Source: a virus
Lineage: Duplodnaviria; Caudoviricetes
DNA length: 34,667 bases
Direction: 5' to 3' (one strand)
Virus record (IMG/VR): IMGVR_UViG_3300035673_000153
Location: 1-34,667 of that record
Below the pieces are notes generated by a model. That model did no database searches, was not told where the DNA came from, and was given only the letters and a program-made list of their open reading frames with translations. The first letter of the stretch is position 1. Each line of letters begins with the position of its first letter. Made by a program: the position numbers and the translations under genes. Below, one piece after another: positions 1 to 9,086 of the stretch.

Positions 1-156
1 GACTTCGTCGAACGTCGCCTGAAGTAATTCAGGCACACCCTCTAATTCCGCGAGCGTATCGATGTAGCGCGCGACTTCTTTTGCGTCGTCAGAGGTAAGA
101 GCCGAGGAGTTGCCGGCTCGCAACGATGCGAGCACGGATGGAGCGATTTTGAACAT
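1..156 (-). CDS. 5' part of the gene following the tape measure (truncated by window edge)
   Basis: ATG at 156 overlaps the tape-measure stop (TGATG); frame reads MFKIAPSVLASLRAGNSSALTSDDAKEVARYIDTLAELEGVPELLQATFDEV without a stop to base 1. Not in the ORF track. Confidence 0.7.
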   Translation of the reverse strand, partial: MFKIAPSVLASLRAGNSSALTSDDAKEVARYIDTLAELEGVPELLQATFDEV

Positions 157-3100
157 CACGCAGCGTCCCGCTGATTGCGGCGCCGCATCCTCATCTCAGC
201 TCGCAGAGCCACACCGCTGCTCTTCGTCGCCTCAACGGTATCCTTGCCGGACTTGTCGACCGTCTTTGCAACCAGGTTCGAGCCGCCAACAACGGCGTTC
301 ACGGTCCTGCCCGTGTTGCCTTCGATCCGATCGAGGCGCGCTTCGAGGCGCGCTATCGCCGCGATCAGATCGGCATTACCGCCGCCGCCTCGAATGACGG
401 GGGCAACATTGATGGGCCGAAGATTATCATTGCCAATGGCGCGCGGCATGATGCCCGCATTCAACTGCTCGAAGAAGCCAACGCCGAATTTCTCAACAGC
501 GGCGTTCTGAATGACGAACTCTCGGTTAGACAGCATCTTGTGAATGGAATCGCTAGTGCCCGTACCGGGTCCGGTAACCAAGCCGCCCGTCGCGAGCACG
601 CCGATGCCGCCGCCTTCTTGGTGTGGAATCAGGTTCGTGTTCAGCGCAGTCATATAGGTGTTGACCACAATTTTATTGAGCGCCTCGACCATCAAGTTGC
701 TGACTGTTTGTGATGGGCCGCCTGTGAGGACGCCGCTGGCGTTTCTGGCGGCGATGGAAACGGCAGTGTTTCCAGGCGCCAGCGCGGCTTGCATCAGCAC
801 AAGATTTTGAGAAGCCGTCGCCTGCAGTCCCTTGATTGCATCCAGCGTCGTATTGCTCGTGTCAGTCTTGGCGTTGTTGCTATCGACCGCCGCTTTGGTG
901 TTTGCCGTGTTGGTCGCGACCCCCGGTAGTGAATTGGAATTATTCGCCGCCGTCAGCGTGCGGGCGGCGATGTCAAGAAGCTTTCCGCTCGGATCGATTT
1001 GGTTGAAGTAGGTTGCGAGAGAAGTCGCCACCGCCGCAGCATTACCAGCATTCACCGCAGGCAGGATGCCGTTGTTCAATGAGTTGATGGTGGTACCGAT
1101 GCCGCCAATGATCGCGCCGTTCAGATTTTCGTTGCTGAAATTCCCTGCGGTGATCGCAGCATTGCCGATCTGGATTGCCGTAATCGCATCGCGCACCGCT
1201 TGCGTCACAGGATCTGTCGTCGCCTGCATTGCAGGAAGGTTGAGGCCCTGGTTGATGATCTGGTTTTTGATATCCTGGTAGCCCTGCCCTGAGGCATAGA
1301 CGACGCGCGCGGCTTTTTCCAGATTGTCGGCGAGCGACACGAACTTATTCTGCGCGTCGACGTTGCCGGACTGCGCAAGCGGGAGATTGGCCTGGTAGAG
1401 CGTCTGTGCGCTGGCGAGTGTGTTGAGCGGGGATTGCGTCGAGCCCTGCCCGGACTGCAGGTTTGCGAGGAAGTCGGTAAGGTTTTTGGCGGCCGAGTTC
1501 TGCGCATCCCGCAGTGCCTTGGAGTCGGTGACGGCGCTTGCCGTGAATTCATGCACGACGCTCGCGAGTTCGGGGAATTGCGTTTTGAATGATGCGAACG
1601 CGTCGCCAACCAAGCTGGCGGAATCTACGATCTGTTGCGCTTCCGCCTTGAACGTCGCGGCAACAAGTGACGGATCAGTCCCGAGCGAAGCCGCATCCAG
1701 AATATCCTGCTGATGCTGCTGGATCAGCTTCGTCGCATCGTTCAAGAATGATTGGCCGTTCGCAACATTTAGGCGCTCAGTTAGTCCGCCTTCGAATTGC
1801 TTCTTGAGGTCTGCAATAGCCTTGCTCACGCCCGCATTGATGGCGGTAGCTGCATCTGTCGACGATAGACCAAGCTGCACCAGCGCGCCCTGTAGCGCGT
1901 TGGCGGTGCCGTGGATTTGCAGCATTCCGGTTTGGACCGCCGATAGCGCCTGCGGCTGCTGCAACAACGACAGCAGATAAGTTTGCGACGCTGCCTTGGC
2001 CCTCGCCATCGTGCCTGGGATATTATTTCCGATCGCTACATTCGTATCGTCGATGAATGCGAGTTGATTGTTCAGCGCCGTCTTAACGTTATTGACCGCC
2101 TTCATGAAAGGACTGTCGAGTCCAAGCCCATCATTCAGCGCGTCTACCGTCGCTTGGAACGTCGCCTGGAATAGACGCTTTTGCGTGTCAGAGAAGGTCT
2201 GCAGGCCAGCGCGGGCGGCGTTGACTGCGGCCGTGTCGCGGGCATCCCAAGCCTGCTTCTCGAAGGCCGCTTCGCGTGACGACGCATCTTGAATTCTCTG
2301 AACTAGATCGCCCTGCACGCCGCCTGACATTTCAGTCAGGAACTTCTGGAACGCGGGACCGGCGTCAACCCACGTCTGTTTCGCCTTTTTGACCTTATCC
2401 TCGCCGCCGGCCGACATCAGGCCGATGCCAATGAGGATTGCGGCAATAGCAGCGATCGGTCCCCATATCCCAAGCCCCGCGGCGACGCCGCCAGCAGCAA
2501 GCGAAGTCCCGGCGGCGGCGGCCGAAAGGTCGAGCGCAGTCCCCGCCGTTGCGCCACCGATCCCTAACGTCGTTGCGGCATCGGCCGCGCTAAAGTCGAG
2601 TAGTAACGAAGCGTCCGCCGCCCCGAGGCTGACGCCCGTTCCAGCACCAAGCCCGGCCCCGGCGAGAATACCAGCAGCGGTCGTTGCTGCGGCGATCAGC
2701 GTTGCGCCGGCCGCCGTGGCACCAGCGGTGAGCGCAACACCACCGGCCGCGCCGCCGAGAGCGCTCCCACTCCCGCTGGCGCCAGTGATCGCATTCAGCC
2801 CGATATTGATCGCGCTCGTCAGTCCAGCATCAATAAGTTTCGCACCAAGATTGACCGCTGCGGCGGAAACCGAATCGAGCAATGATTTGCCTTGCTCCAG
2901 TCCACGCGCAAGGTCGGTTGTAAATCCAGTGGTGTAGCCCTGAAGATCCTTTAGCGAACTCGCCAGCCGCAGCGAAGCGGACAGGCCATCGTTCATGAAC
3001 GACCGCCACGCATCCCCGCGAAGCTGGAATTGAACCTGCGCGATGCTCTTTTCAGTATCGGAAAGGAACATCGTCTGGACGTCGAAGTCCGCCTTGCTTT

Positions 3101-5105
3101 GTGCTGAGGCCTGCGCGGAGGCCTGCGCTTTGACCCCGAGCGCGGTAGACGTGTCGTGAAGGTCTTTCAACTCCTTCGGCGTCAGAACCTGCCTGTCCTG
3201 GACGGCCTTGTTGAGGCGGGTCTGCTCTGCCGTATATGCAGCTGCGGCGCCAACTGACATGCCGATCGTGTGCTGCCTTACATCTTCGGCGTCGATCTGC
3301 GACTTAATCTGGTAAGTGCCGAGCGCCTGCGCGGCCGTCAGTTGCTTTTGAAACGCGATTTGCTGCGGCGTGAGGTTCGCTCCCTCTTGCTGCAGCTTTT
3401 GAAGCTGTTGACCTTTCGCAATTACAAGATCGGTGATCGGTACGGATGCGCCAAGGGCAGCATTATGTGCACTTTGTTGCGAAATTTCGTCGTCAAACTT
3501 TAGCGCCTTAATGCCTTTGGCGAGCTGGTCGCCGCCGCGGCCCGCCGCAATTGCCTTAACGGTTAACTCGGATATTGCGGCGCTTAAGCGCTCCTGCGGC
3601 GTAGCGGCGGAACCAATAACCGCAATATATTCTTTCCACGCATTGGCGTCCGCCTGTATTGTTTTTTGGTTCGCGGTGGCAACGTCATCAACCTTCTGAA
3701 ATGTCGAATAGGAATTCGCGGGAGAGACAAAGTTGGACGGCGATGCCGGCACATTGATCCTAGTCGGGCCATTATCGTTCGCGCCCATCCGCGTAACGCC
3801 GCCGACAGCAGCGCCAGCGATCAACCCGGCGCCACCAACCGCCAGCGCTCCGGTGCCGACCGTCAGCCCGCCCGCCAGCAGCGGAACCGCCGCGAGAAGC
3901 CCGAGCGCCGCCAGGAATGCCGGATGGGTTAGAACGTCAAACAGCCGGCGCAAATCGTCAGATAACTTGAACTCCTTGGCGTAGGTTGCGATCTTCAACA
4001 TGCCTTGGGCGAATTGCAGTTCGCCTTCCAGCGTCGACGTGCCAAACATCGAAGCGAACACGGTGTTCGCAGCAGAGCGTGTTTTGTTGATATCGATTTC
4101 CAGCTGCGCAAGCTTTTTGATCAGATTGTCGTCGATCCCCTTTCCCGCCGCGACAAAGGAAGCCGTCAGTCCCGCAATATCGGGCTTACTCTCGAAAAAC
4201 GCGCCAAAGATCGCCGAACCCCTGCCCATACCGGCCTTGAGAAGCTGGTTGCGCTGGAAAATATTATCCGTTTCGGCGACGGCTTTTCCGAACAACGTGA
4301 ACGCAGTTGCTGCATCCGTTGTGCGCTGCATTTGATCGGCAAGCGCGGGATCGATACGACGGATATTGATAAGCAGCGCGCCCTGCCCGTCTCGAAGTTC
4401 GGCAAAGCCGGCGGTAAATTTCGCAATCCCTGACGCCATCGTTTCGGAGTCGATTCCGAATTTCCCCATTTCAGATCGGGTCGCCTGGAATTCCATGGTC
4501 GTGAAGCCAATAGCTTCCGAAAGCTCCTTAATCTCTTTGCCTTTTTGAGCGAGCTCGTGCGTTTTGTCTGACACGAAACTTAACGCAGCGCCGGCCCCAC
4601 CTAGACCGACAGCCGCAGCGACACCCCAAGGTCCCAACGCAGATAGAAACACTCCCGCGGGACCTGCGCCCGCGCTCAACGCAATGAGTTGGCCCGAGAC
4701 ACCAGACGTGGCGTTCTTCAATCCCTGCCACGCTTTTTCATTCGTCGTGAGCTGGCCTGTCTGCTCACGGATCGTCTGGATCAGCCCCTCATGCTTTGAC
4801 CGGACGGCGTCCATCTGCGCTTTCGCAGCATCAGTTGTCGCGATCCCGAGTTGAACGGCCTTCGAATTGACCGCCTCTTGTTTGGCGAGGTCATCCTTCA
4901 TTTTGATTTGGGCGCGGATGACCGGATCGGTTGCGCCAAGCGATTGAACCCAACGCCTTTGCGCAGCCTCAAATGATTGCGCGGTCGCGTTACCGCCATC
5001 AACAGCCGCAGCCTTCGCCCGCGCCATCAACGCTTCGAACTCGGCAACGCCAAGCTTGGCGCCGCTCGAATCGACGATTAGTTGAGTGACGACGGGAGCG
5101 GGCAT
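156..5105 (-). CDS. Tail tape measure protein
   Basis: 1649 aa, Ala/Gly-rich helical protein with hydrophobic segments, downstream of tail tube and chaperones; C-terminal ATGGLVTGPGTGTSDSI..MLSNREFV motif typical of tape measures. Confidence 0.95.
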   Translation of the reverse strand: MPAPVVTQLIVDSSGAKLGVAEFEALMARAKAAAVDGGNATAQSFEAAQRRWVQSLGATDPVIRAQIKMKDDLAKQEAVNSKAVQLGIATTDAAKAQMDAVRSKHEGLIQTIREQTGQLTTNEKAWQGLKNATSGVSGQLIALSAGAGPAGVFLSALGPWGVAAAVGLGGAGAALSFVSDKTHELAQKGKEIKELSEAIGFTTMEFQATRSEMGKFGIDSETMASGIAKFTAGFAELRDGQGALLINIRRIDPALADQMQRTTDAATAFTLFGKAVAETDNIFQRNQLLKAGMGRGSAIFGAFFESKPDIAGLTASFVAAGKGIDDNLIKKLAQLEIDINKTRSAANTVFASMFGTSTLEGELQFAQGMLKIATYAKEFKLSDDLRRLFDVLTHPAFLAALGLLAAVPLLAGGLTVGTGALAVGGAGLIAGAAVGGVTRMGANDNGPTRINVPASPSNFVSPANSYSTFQKVDDVATANQKTIQADANAWKEYIAVIGSAATPQERLSAAISELTVKAIAAGRGGDQLAKGIKALKFDDEISQQSAHNAALGASVPITDLVIAKGQQLQKLQQEGANLTPQQIAFQKQLTAAQALGTYQIKSQIDAEDVRQHTIGMSVGAAAAYTAEQTRLNKAVQDRQVLTPKELKDLHDTSTALGVKAQASAQASAQSKADFDVQTMFLSDTEKSIAQVQFQLRGDAWRSFMNDGLSASLRLASSLKDLQGYTTGFTTDLARGLEQGKSLLDSVSAAAVNLGAKLIDAGLTSAINIGLNAITGASGSGSALGGAAGGVALTAGATAAGATLIAAATTAAGILAGAGLGAGTGVSLGAADASLLLDFSAADAATTLGIGGATAGTALDLSAAAAGTSLAAGGVAAGLGIWGPIAAIAAILIGIGLMSAGGEDKVKKAKQTWVDAGPAFQKFLTEMSGGVQGDLVQRIQDASSREAAFEKQAWDARDTAAVNAARAGLQTFSDTQKRLFQATFQATVDALNDGLGLDSPFMKAVNNVKTALNNQLAFIDDTNVAIGNNIPGTMARAKAASQTYLLSLLQQPQALSAVQTGMLQIHGTANALQGALVQLGLSSTDAATAINAGVSKAIADLKKQFEGGLTERLNVANGQSFLNDATKLIQQHQQDILDAASLGTDPSLVAATFKAEAQQIVDSASLVGDAFASFKTQFPELASVVHEFTASAVTDSKALRDAQNSAAKNLTDFLANLQSGQGSTQSPLNTLASAQTLYQANLPLAQSGNVDAQNKFVSLADNLEKAARVVYASGQGYQDIKNQIINQGLNLPAMQATTDPVTQAVRDAITAIQIGNAAITAGNFSNENLNGAIIGGIGTTINSLNNGILPAVNAGNAAAVATSLATYFNQIDPSGKLLDIAARTLTAANNSNSLPGVATNTANTKAAVDSNNAKTDTSNTTLDAIKGLQATASQNLVLMQAALAPGNTAVSIAARNASGVLTGGPSQTVSNLMVEALNKIVVNTYMTALNTNLIPHQEGGGIGVLATGGLVTGPGTGTSDSIHKMLSNREFVIQNAAVEKFGVGFFEQLNAGIMPRAIGNDNLRPINVAPVIRGGGGNADLIAAIARLEARLDRIEGNTGRTVNAVVGGSNLVAKTVDKSGKDTVEATKSSGVALRAEMRMRRRNQRDAA

Positions 5106-5130
5106 TCTAATTTTTTCCGTCGTTTCGCTA

Positions 5131-5190
5131 TTGCAAGGGATGATGCTGTTGGTTCACACTTGCCTCGCCAAAAATTACTTGGCGGGGCAA
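5131..5190 (+). promoter_or_regulatory. Candidate moron promoter plus leader hairpin
   Basis: TTGCAA at 5131-5136, CACACT at 5155-5160, then a 12-bp stem TTGCCTCGCCAA / TTGGCGGGGCAA (5160-5190, one G-U pair) upstream of the 5204 ORF. Confidence 0.4.
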
Positions 5191-5203
5191 AGGTAATGAG
5201 ACG

Positions 5204-5500
5204 ATGACGAACGTATTTTTCCGCGGGTTAAGTCCCGCCATTCTTTTTTTGCTGAGTATGGGGACGGCGCGCGCTGATCTTGATCTTCAGGATAAGCTGT
5301 GTGTGTTTAATGCCGCGCCGCAGCTTCCTGTAATTGCGGGGATGAAAATCATAGCGAGTCGCGTCACGCCACTTTCGCGTCCAAAGGCGCGGCGGGTGGA
5401 GTTAGATATCAGCGCCGCCGGGATTGAAACCACCGTAAGCTTTGATTGTGAATTTGATTTAGGGCCAACGAAGGTATTAACTAGAGGCCTCACAAAATGA
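5204..5500 (+). CDS. Small exported protein (moron), possible superinfection exclusion factor
   Basis: 98 aa, antisense to the tail operon and filling the gap between chaperone and tape measure; signal-peptide-like N-terminus ending ARA; two Cys; visibly AT-richer than flanks. Confidence 0.75.
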   Translation: MTNVFFRGLSPAILFLLSMGTARADLDLQDKLCVFNAAPQLPVIAGMKIIASRVTPLSRPKARRVELDISAAGIETTVSFDCEFDLGPTKVLTRGLTK

Positions 5501-5511
5501 GATTTTGAAGG

Positions 5512-5916
5512 TCAGGCTGGCCTCGTGCTGTTCATCGCCGCCCCCTCGCTCTGCACTTTCATGTAGACGTCATCGACGCCTTCGATGACTTCCTGCTCCC
5601 AAGGCGCGAGGCGGCGCTGATGCCTTCGCTCATATGACTCGATGTCCTGACCATCGATAGGGTTCGGCCCGAATCCGCTCGAACCCTTGCGCCGTCTGAT
5701 ACTGTTGAAGATGTTATAGAGGTAAATAAGTTCTGGCGGGAACGGTCGGCCCGCCAGCTCTATCTCAATCTCCTCGCGCCGCTCCGGCCTCAGCCTCCGC
5801 TCTAACTTGCCTTCAAGCTCTTCGCGGACGGTGAAGCCGTGCTTGTCGGATACGTTCAGTCTGAATTGGGACTCTGCGGCTTCGTTCAGTCGGTCGCAGA
5901 GCCCTTCATAAAAGAC
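5512..5916 (-). CDS. Tail assembly chaperone gpT-like extension (reached by -1 frameshift; 5' boundary approximate)
   Basis: Manual translation: open -1 frame ..VFYEGLCDRLNEAAESQFRL..RPFPPELIYLYNIFNSIRRRKGSSGFGPNPIDGQDIESY..LAPWEQEVIEGVDDVY.. to TGA at 5512-5514, with no usable start codon. Confidence 0.8.
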   Translation of the reverse strand, partial: VFYEGLCDRLNEAAESQFRLNVSDKHGFTVREELEGKLERRLRPERREEIEIELAGRPFPPELIYLYNIFNSIRRRKGSSGFGPNPIDGQDIESYERRHQRRLAPWEQEVIEGVDDVYMKVQSEGAAMNSTRPA

Positions 5917-6350
5917 TTTTCCGCGATCAGGTAATCGACGATCTGGCCAACGTAGGCGCCCTTTTTCGGATCGAGCAACAGGTTGACCGCGGCCTTCGGC
6001 GAGAATTCCACCGGGCCATCACCGAAATCAACCGGCGTCCAGGTCACGATGCGCGCCACGAGGGATTCAACGAACTCGCGACGGTTATCTTCCGGCTGCT
6101 CCTCGTCGATCTTGACCTTGCGGCCGTTCGCCTGTTGCTGCTTGATCGTCCGAGTTTCATCGAGTTGCTTGCGTGAGGTCTCGTTGTTGAGTTCGATCGT
6201 CTGGGGATGACCCGGCCCCGCCATCGTGATCACCCAGCCGGTGCGCTTGCTGGTTCCGGGCCTCACAATGTACAGATCGGCGGTATCCATCGGCAGGGCG
6301 TCTGCCAAGTTGGTAACAGCAGTCGAGTTGGTGTTGATATCGGCGTCCAT
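5886..6350 (-). CDS. Tail assembly chaperone (gpG-like)
   Basis: 154 aa between tail tube and tape measure; overlaps a downstream -1 frame ORF, the lambda G/GT arrangement. Confidence 0.85.
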   Translation of the reverse strand: MDADINTNSTAVTNLADALPMDTADLYIVRPGTSKRTGWVITMAGPGHPQTIELNNETSRKQLDETRTIKQQQANGRKVKIDEEQPEDNRREFVESLVARIVTWTPVDFGDGPVEFSPKAAVNLLLDPKKGAYVGQIVDYLIAEKSFMKGSATD

Positions 6351-6377
6351 TGGTTTGTTCCCTTATCGGAAGGTTGT

Positions 6378-6405
6378 GGCAGGCGGCGCCGATACGCCGC
6401 CTGCC
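6378..6405. other. Perfect 11-bp inverted repeat (RNA hairpin) upstream of the chaperone gene
   Basis: GGCAGGCGGCG-ccgata-CGCCGCCTGCC; a second hairpin lies at about 6424-6444; no U-tract. Confidence 0.6.
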
Positions 6406-6452
6406 GTGCAGCGCGCTACTTCGTCCCGCGTATACGGCGCGGGATGGGATCG

Positions 6453-6668
6453 TCAGAAGACTTTGGTATCGTCGAATGGCTTGGCGGCAGGCTTTGCCGC
6501 CGACTCCGGTTGTTGTTGCTTCACCGCGCCTGTCTCACTGATCGCGATGGTATCGAGGCCGGCAACATTGCTGGGCCACGCGATGCGATAGCCCGCGGTG
6601 GTCGCTTCCGTGATTGCTTTGCTGAGTGCCAATGCCGCATCGCGCACGGCCTGTTCGTTGTTGGTCAC
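6453..6668 (-). CDS. Hypothetical protein (71 aa)
   Basis: GTG start preceded by AAGGA; fills the gap after the tail tube gene. Confidence 0.7.
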   Translation of the reverse strand: MTNNEQAVRDAALALSKAITEATTAGYRIAWPSNVAGLDTIAISETGAVKQQQPESAAKPAAKPFDDTKVF

Positions 6669-6712
6669 GTCGCTAATCCTTTCGTGGTTGTGGTGTTATG
6701 GAAATCTTCGGC

Positions 6713-7972
6713 TTATGCCGCGGTGCTCTGCCACTTGATCATCGTGGCATCGAATGCGCCGCCGCTTTCATCTTTGCCGACGAGGCCGACCGGAATCTGA
6801 ATTGTCTCAGTGCGCGGACCCGCGGCCCGGTTGAGCGCAGATTTGTCGACGCTGCCGAAGGTGAAATTTGTCAGCGAGAAGGCGAGGAAGTTCCTCGGCT
6901 CTGACGTGTTCTCGGTTGCCAGGACGTGCAGCGTGAGCACATCTTCAGCAACGAAGTTAGCCACCCGCGCCAGATCCTTGCGCAGCGCCGACATGCTGAT
7001 GTTGATGCCCATCTGCCCGGTGAAAACCGCAGCCGAATATTTTTGCGCTGCGGAGCCGAACGTATCCGGCGCGTTGCCGCCGATATCCATGGTGAGATCG
7101 AACGCGCTGAGCTCGACGAGATCGACACCGTTCAGCCGGATTGTCGCGTCAACCACCGCCAAGGGAATCGCAGTGTTGCGGGTTGGCGAGGTAAACAGCG
7201 GAGCGCTCGCGCCAGTCAGCGCCTGGAATTGCCCCGTTCCGATACCACCGGGATCGAGCATCAGTATCCCGTTCGGCGTCATGGAAACCTTGGCATTGGT
7301 CCACACGAAGTCCGTCGCGACTTCGGTTCCGTCGATGTCCCCTTCGTAATCTTCAGAGGTGAACCAGCGCGGGACCAGCGCACCAGCGGAATACTGGATC
7401 AGACTTCGCCCCTTGCGCGTGATCGTGAACGACGTATCCGGCGTGGCGTTCACAACCAGTGTTTCAGCCGTCGTGATAATGAGTGCGGTCAAGCCGACGA
7501 TGCGGATGTCCTTGCTGTTGTTGGCGGCATCGGGAAGGCCCGCGGGGACGATCACGTCGTTGACGCGAAGCCCCTGCGTTATCCATGAGCCGGCCGCCGC
7601 GACGATCGTGTTCGCTCCAGTCGTGACCGACGTCGCCGCAGCCGACCCGCCCAGCGTTGTCGCCTGCGTAATGGCGAGATCGGCGGCGGACCACGTATCC
7701 CGCATAATCGCCTCAATGATGGGCTCGCACGATCCGATCGAGGCTTGGTGGTTCCACGCGCCGGATGTTTTCTGCGTGCCGTGCCGACCGCGCGACCGCA
7801 TGCCGTCGTTGCGCACTTCGGTGCTTTCGGTGATGGCCTTGGTCATTTTGAGGCCCGCGCTGCCATCTGCGAGCCTGAGGATCGTGGCGCCGCCTCCGCT
7901 CGATTGCACGCCCTGGCCGGACTGCACCTTGTACGCCATCAGCGCGTTGGACTGTGATTGATAGACGGTCAT
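6713..7972 (-). CDS. Major tail tube protein
   Basis: 419 aa, beta-rich, N-terminal ESTEVRNDGM..RGRHG motif of tail tube proteins; AAAGGAA RBS; follows the tail completion gene. Confidence 0.85.
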   Translation of the reverse strand: MTVYQSQSNALMAYKVQSGQGVQSSGGGATILRLADGSAGLKMTKAITESTEVRNDGMRSRGRHGTQKTSGAWNHQASIGSCEPIIEAIMRDTWSAADLAITQATTLGGSAAATSVTTGANTIVAAAGSWITQGLRVNDVIVPAGLPDAANNSKDIRIVGLTALIITTAETLVVNATPDTSFTITRKGRSLIQYSAGALVPRWFTSEDYEGDIDGTEVATDFVWTNAKVSMTPNGILMLDPGGIGTGQFQALTGASAPLFTSPTRNTAIPLAVVDATIRLNGVDLVELSAFDLTMDIGGNAPDTFGSAAQKYSAAVFTGQMGINISMSALRKDLARVANFVAEDVLTLHVLATENTSEPRNFLAFSLTNFTFGSVDKSALNRAAGPRTETIQIPVGLVGKDESGGAFDATMIKWQSTAA

Positions 7973-8067
7973 GAGGCGGGTTCCTTTGTTGCCTGCAAGA
8001 TAAGCGCCCTGCCCAACGGCGCATGTTCTCTCGCGGCGCGGGCGTCACGCCGAATTCAAATACGGGT

Positions 8068-8361
8068 TTAGAGGATGACTACTGCGCGGAAGGTCCCGGC
8101 GGGTTTCCACTCGTGGTATTCGGTTTCACCGGGCCGCTTGATGTCGATGCGAAACCGACCTTCAACGCGCTCCACTACCATCTCGTTTTTGTTGTCGGGA
8201 TTTATGACCGGCTTGCCGGCGGCATCCAGTGTGATGCGCCGCAGCCAACCAGCGTCTGAATCTATCTCAATAACGCTCGTGAATTTTTCGTCCGGCCGGT
8301 CAAGGTTTACGATCAGAAGATAGCGGGCCTCAGGCGTTCGTTCGACGTGGGCATAAGGCAT
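8068..8361 (-). CDS. Hypothetical protein (97 aa)
   Basis: Co-oriented ORF starting 6 nt after the previous stop; globular composition. Confidence 0.7.
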   Translation of the reverse strand: MPYAHVERTPEARYLLIVNLDRPDEKFTSVIEIDSDAGWLRRITLDAAGKPVINPDNKNEMVVERVEGRFRIDIKRPGETEYHEWKPAGTFRAVVIL

Positions 8362-8367
8362 ATGATT

Positions 8368-8853
8368 TTATCCTAGATGCCAGTACTGGAAGGGTATCGT
8401 CGCCGTGGTCGTGAACTGCTGCCCGTCGTCCGATGTAACGTCGCCATTGTCGATACGAGGCTGGCCGTCTTTGGCGTAACCGGAGCGCACGTAGCAGCCA
8501 TCAGTCACATCGTTGTAGAAAACCTTGTTGCGGAACATCTCCCCGATCGCGACGGCCTTCCTCAGGCCGTCAGTGGTCCCGGTGTTGATCGGCGTGAAGA
8601 CGTGTCCCTTAATGAATCCGTCATAAACGGTAGTTTGTTGACCAGGCGTCCCGCTCCCGACGATGTAGGAGCCGTTGTGGACGATCTCGAAAAACACCCA
8701 AGGAACCGGCTTGTTCGATGTCGGATCGACATGCGGCTCTGCTGAGGAGTCGTTGACATAATCAACTGGCGTTATCGGAACGTCGTCAACCTTCCAGTTG
8801 TTCGTAAAGCGTTGGCGGATCGCATCGCACGCGTCGGCATAGTTAGCGGCCAT
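8368..8853 (-). CDS. Tail terminator / completion protein
   Basis: 161 aa; PWVFFEI...VFTPINTG...TIPFQY pattern and position before the tail tube. Confidence 0.75.
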   Translation of the reverse strand: MAANYADACDAIRQRFTNNWKVDDVPITPVDYVNDSSAEPHVDPTSNKPVPWVFFEIVHNGSYIVGSGTPGQQTTVYDGFIKGHVFTPINTGTTDGLRKAVAIGEMFRNKVFYNDVTDGCYVRSGYAKDGQPRIDNGDVTSDDGQQFTTTATIPFQYWHLG

Positions 8854-8859
8854 GACGGA

Positions 8860-9075
8860 TCACTTGCAGCACAGATCAAGAGCCTGCGCTTCCGTGAAGC
8901 CCTCGTCGACATAGGCGAGAAACGCCGCGCGGCGAATCTTGGCGAGCGTTCTCTGATTGTTGATCAGGTCCTCAAGGTGGCGCCGTATGTTTTCACCGGC
9001 TGCGGCAACTTCATTCTTCTGTCCTGGTAACTGGAGGAGAGTTGCGCTTGCCGGTTTTTCGGTGCCATCGGTCAT
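8860..9075 (-). CDS. Hypothetical protein (71 aa)
   Basis: AAGGA RBS, tightly packed in the neck module; ends GFTEAQALDLC. Confidence 0.7.
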   Translation of the reverse strand: MTDGTEKPASATLLQLPGQKNEVAAAGENIRRHLEDLINNQRTLAKIRRAAFLAYVDEGFTEAQALDLCCK

Positions 9076-9086
9076 TCTGATTTTCC

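Noticed and set aside
175-4854. Many plus-strand ORFs opposite the tape measure
   Set aside because: Antisense shadows of a high-GC coding frame; no RBS or protein-like features.
6810-7961. Long plus-strand ORFs (179-220 aa) opposite the tail tube gene
   Set aside because: Shadow ORFs of a confidently assigned gene.
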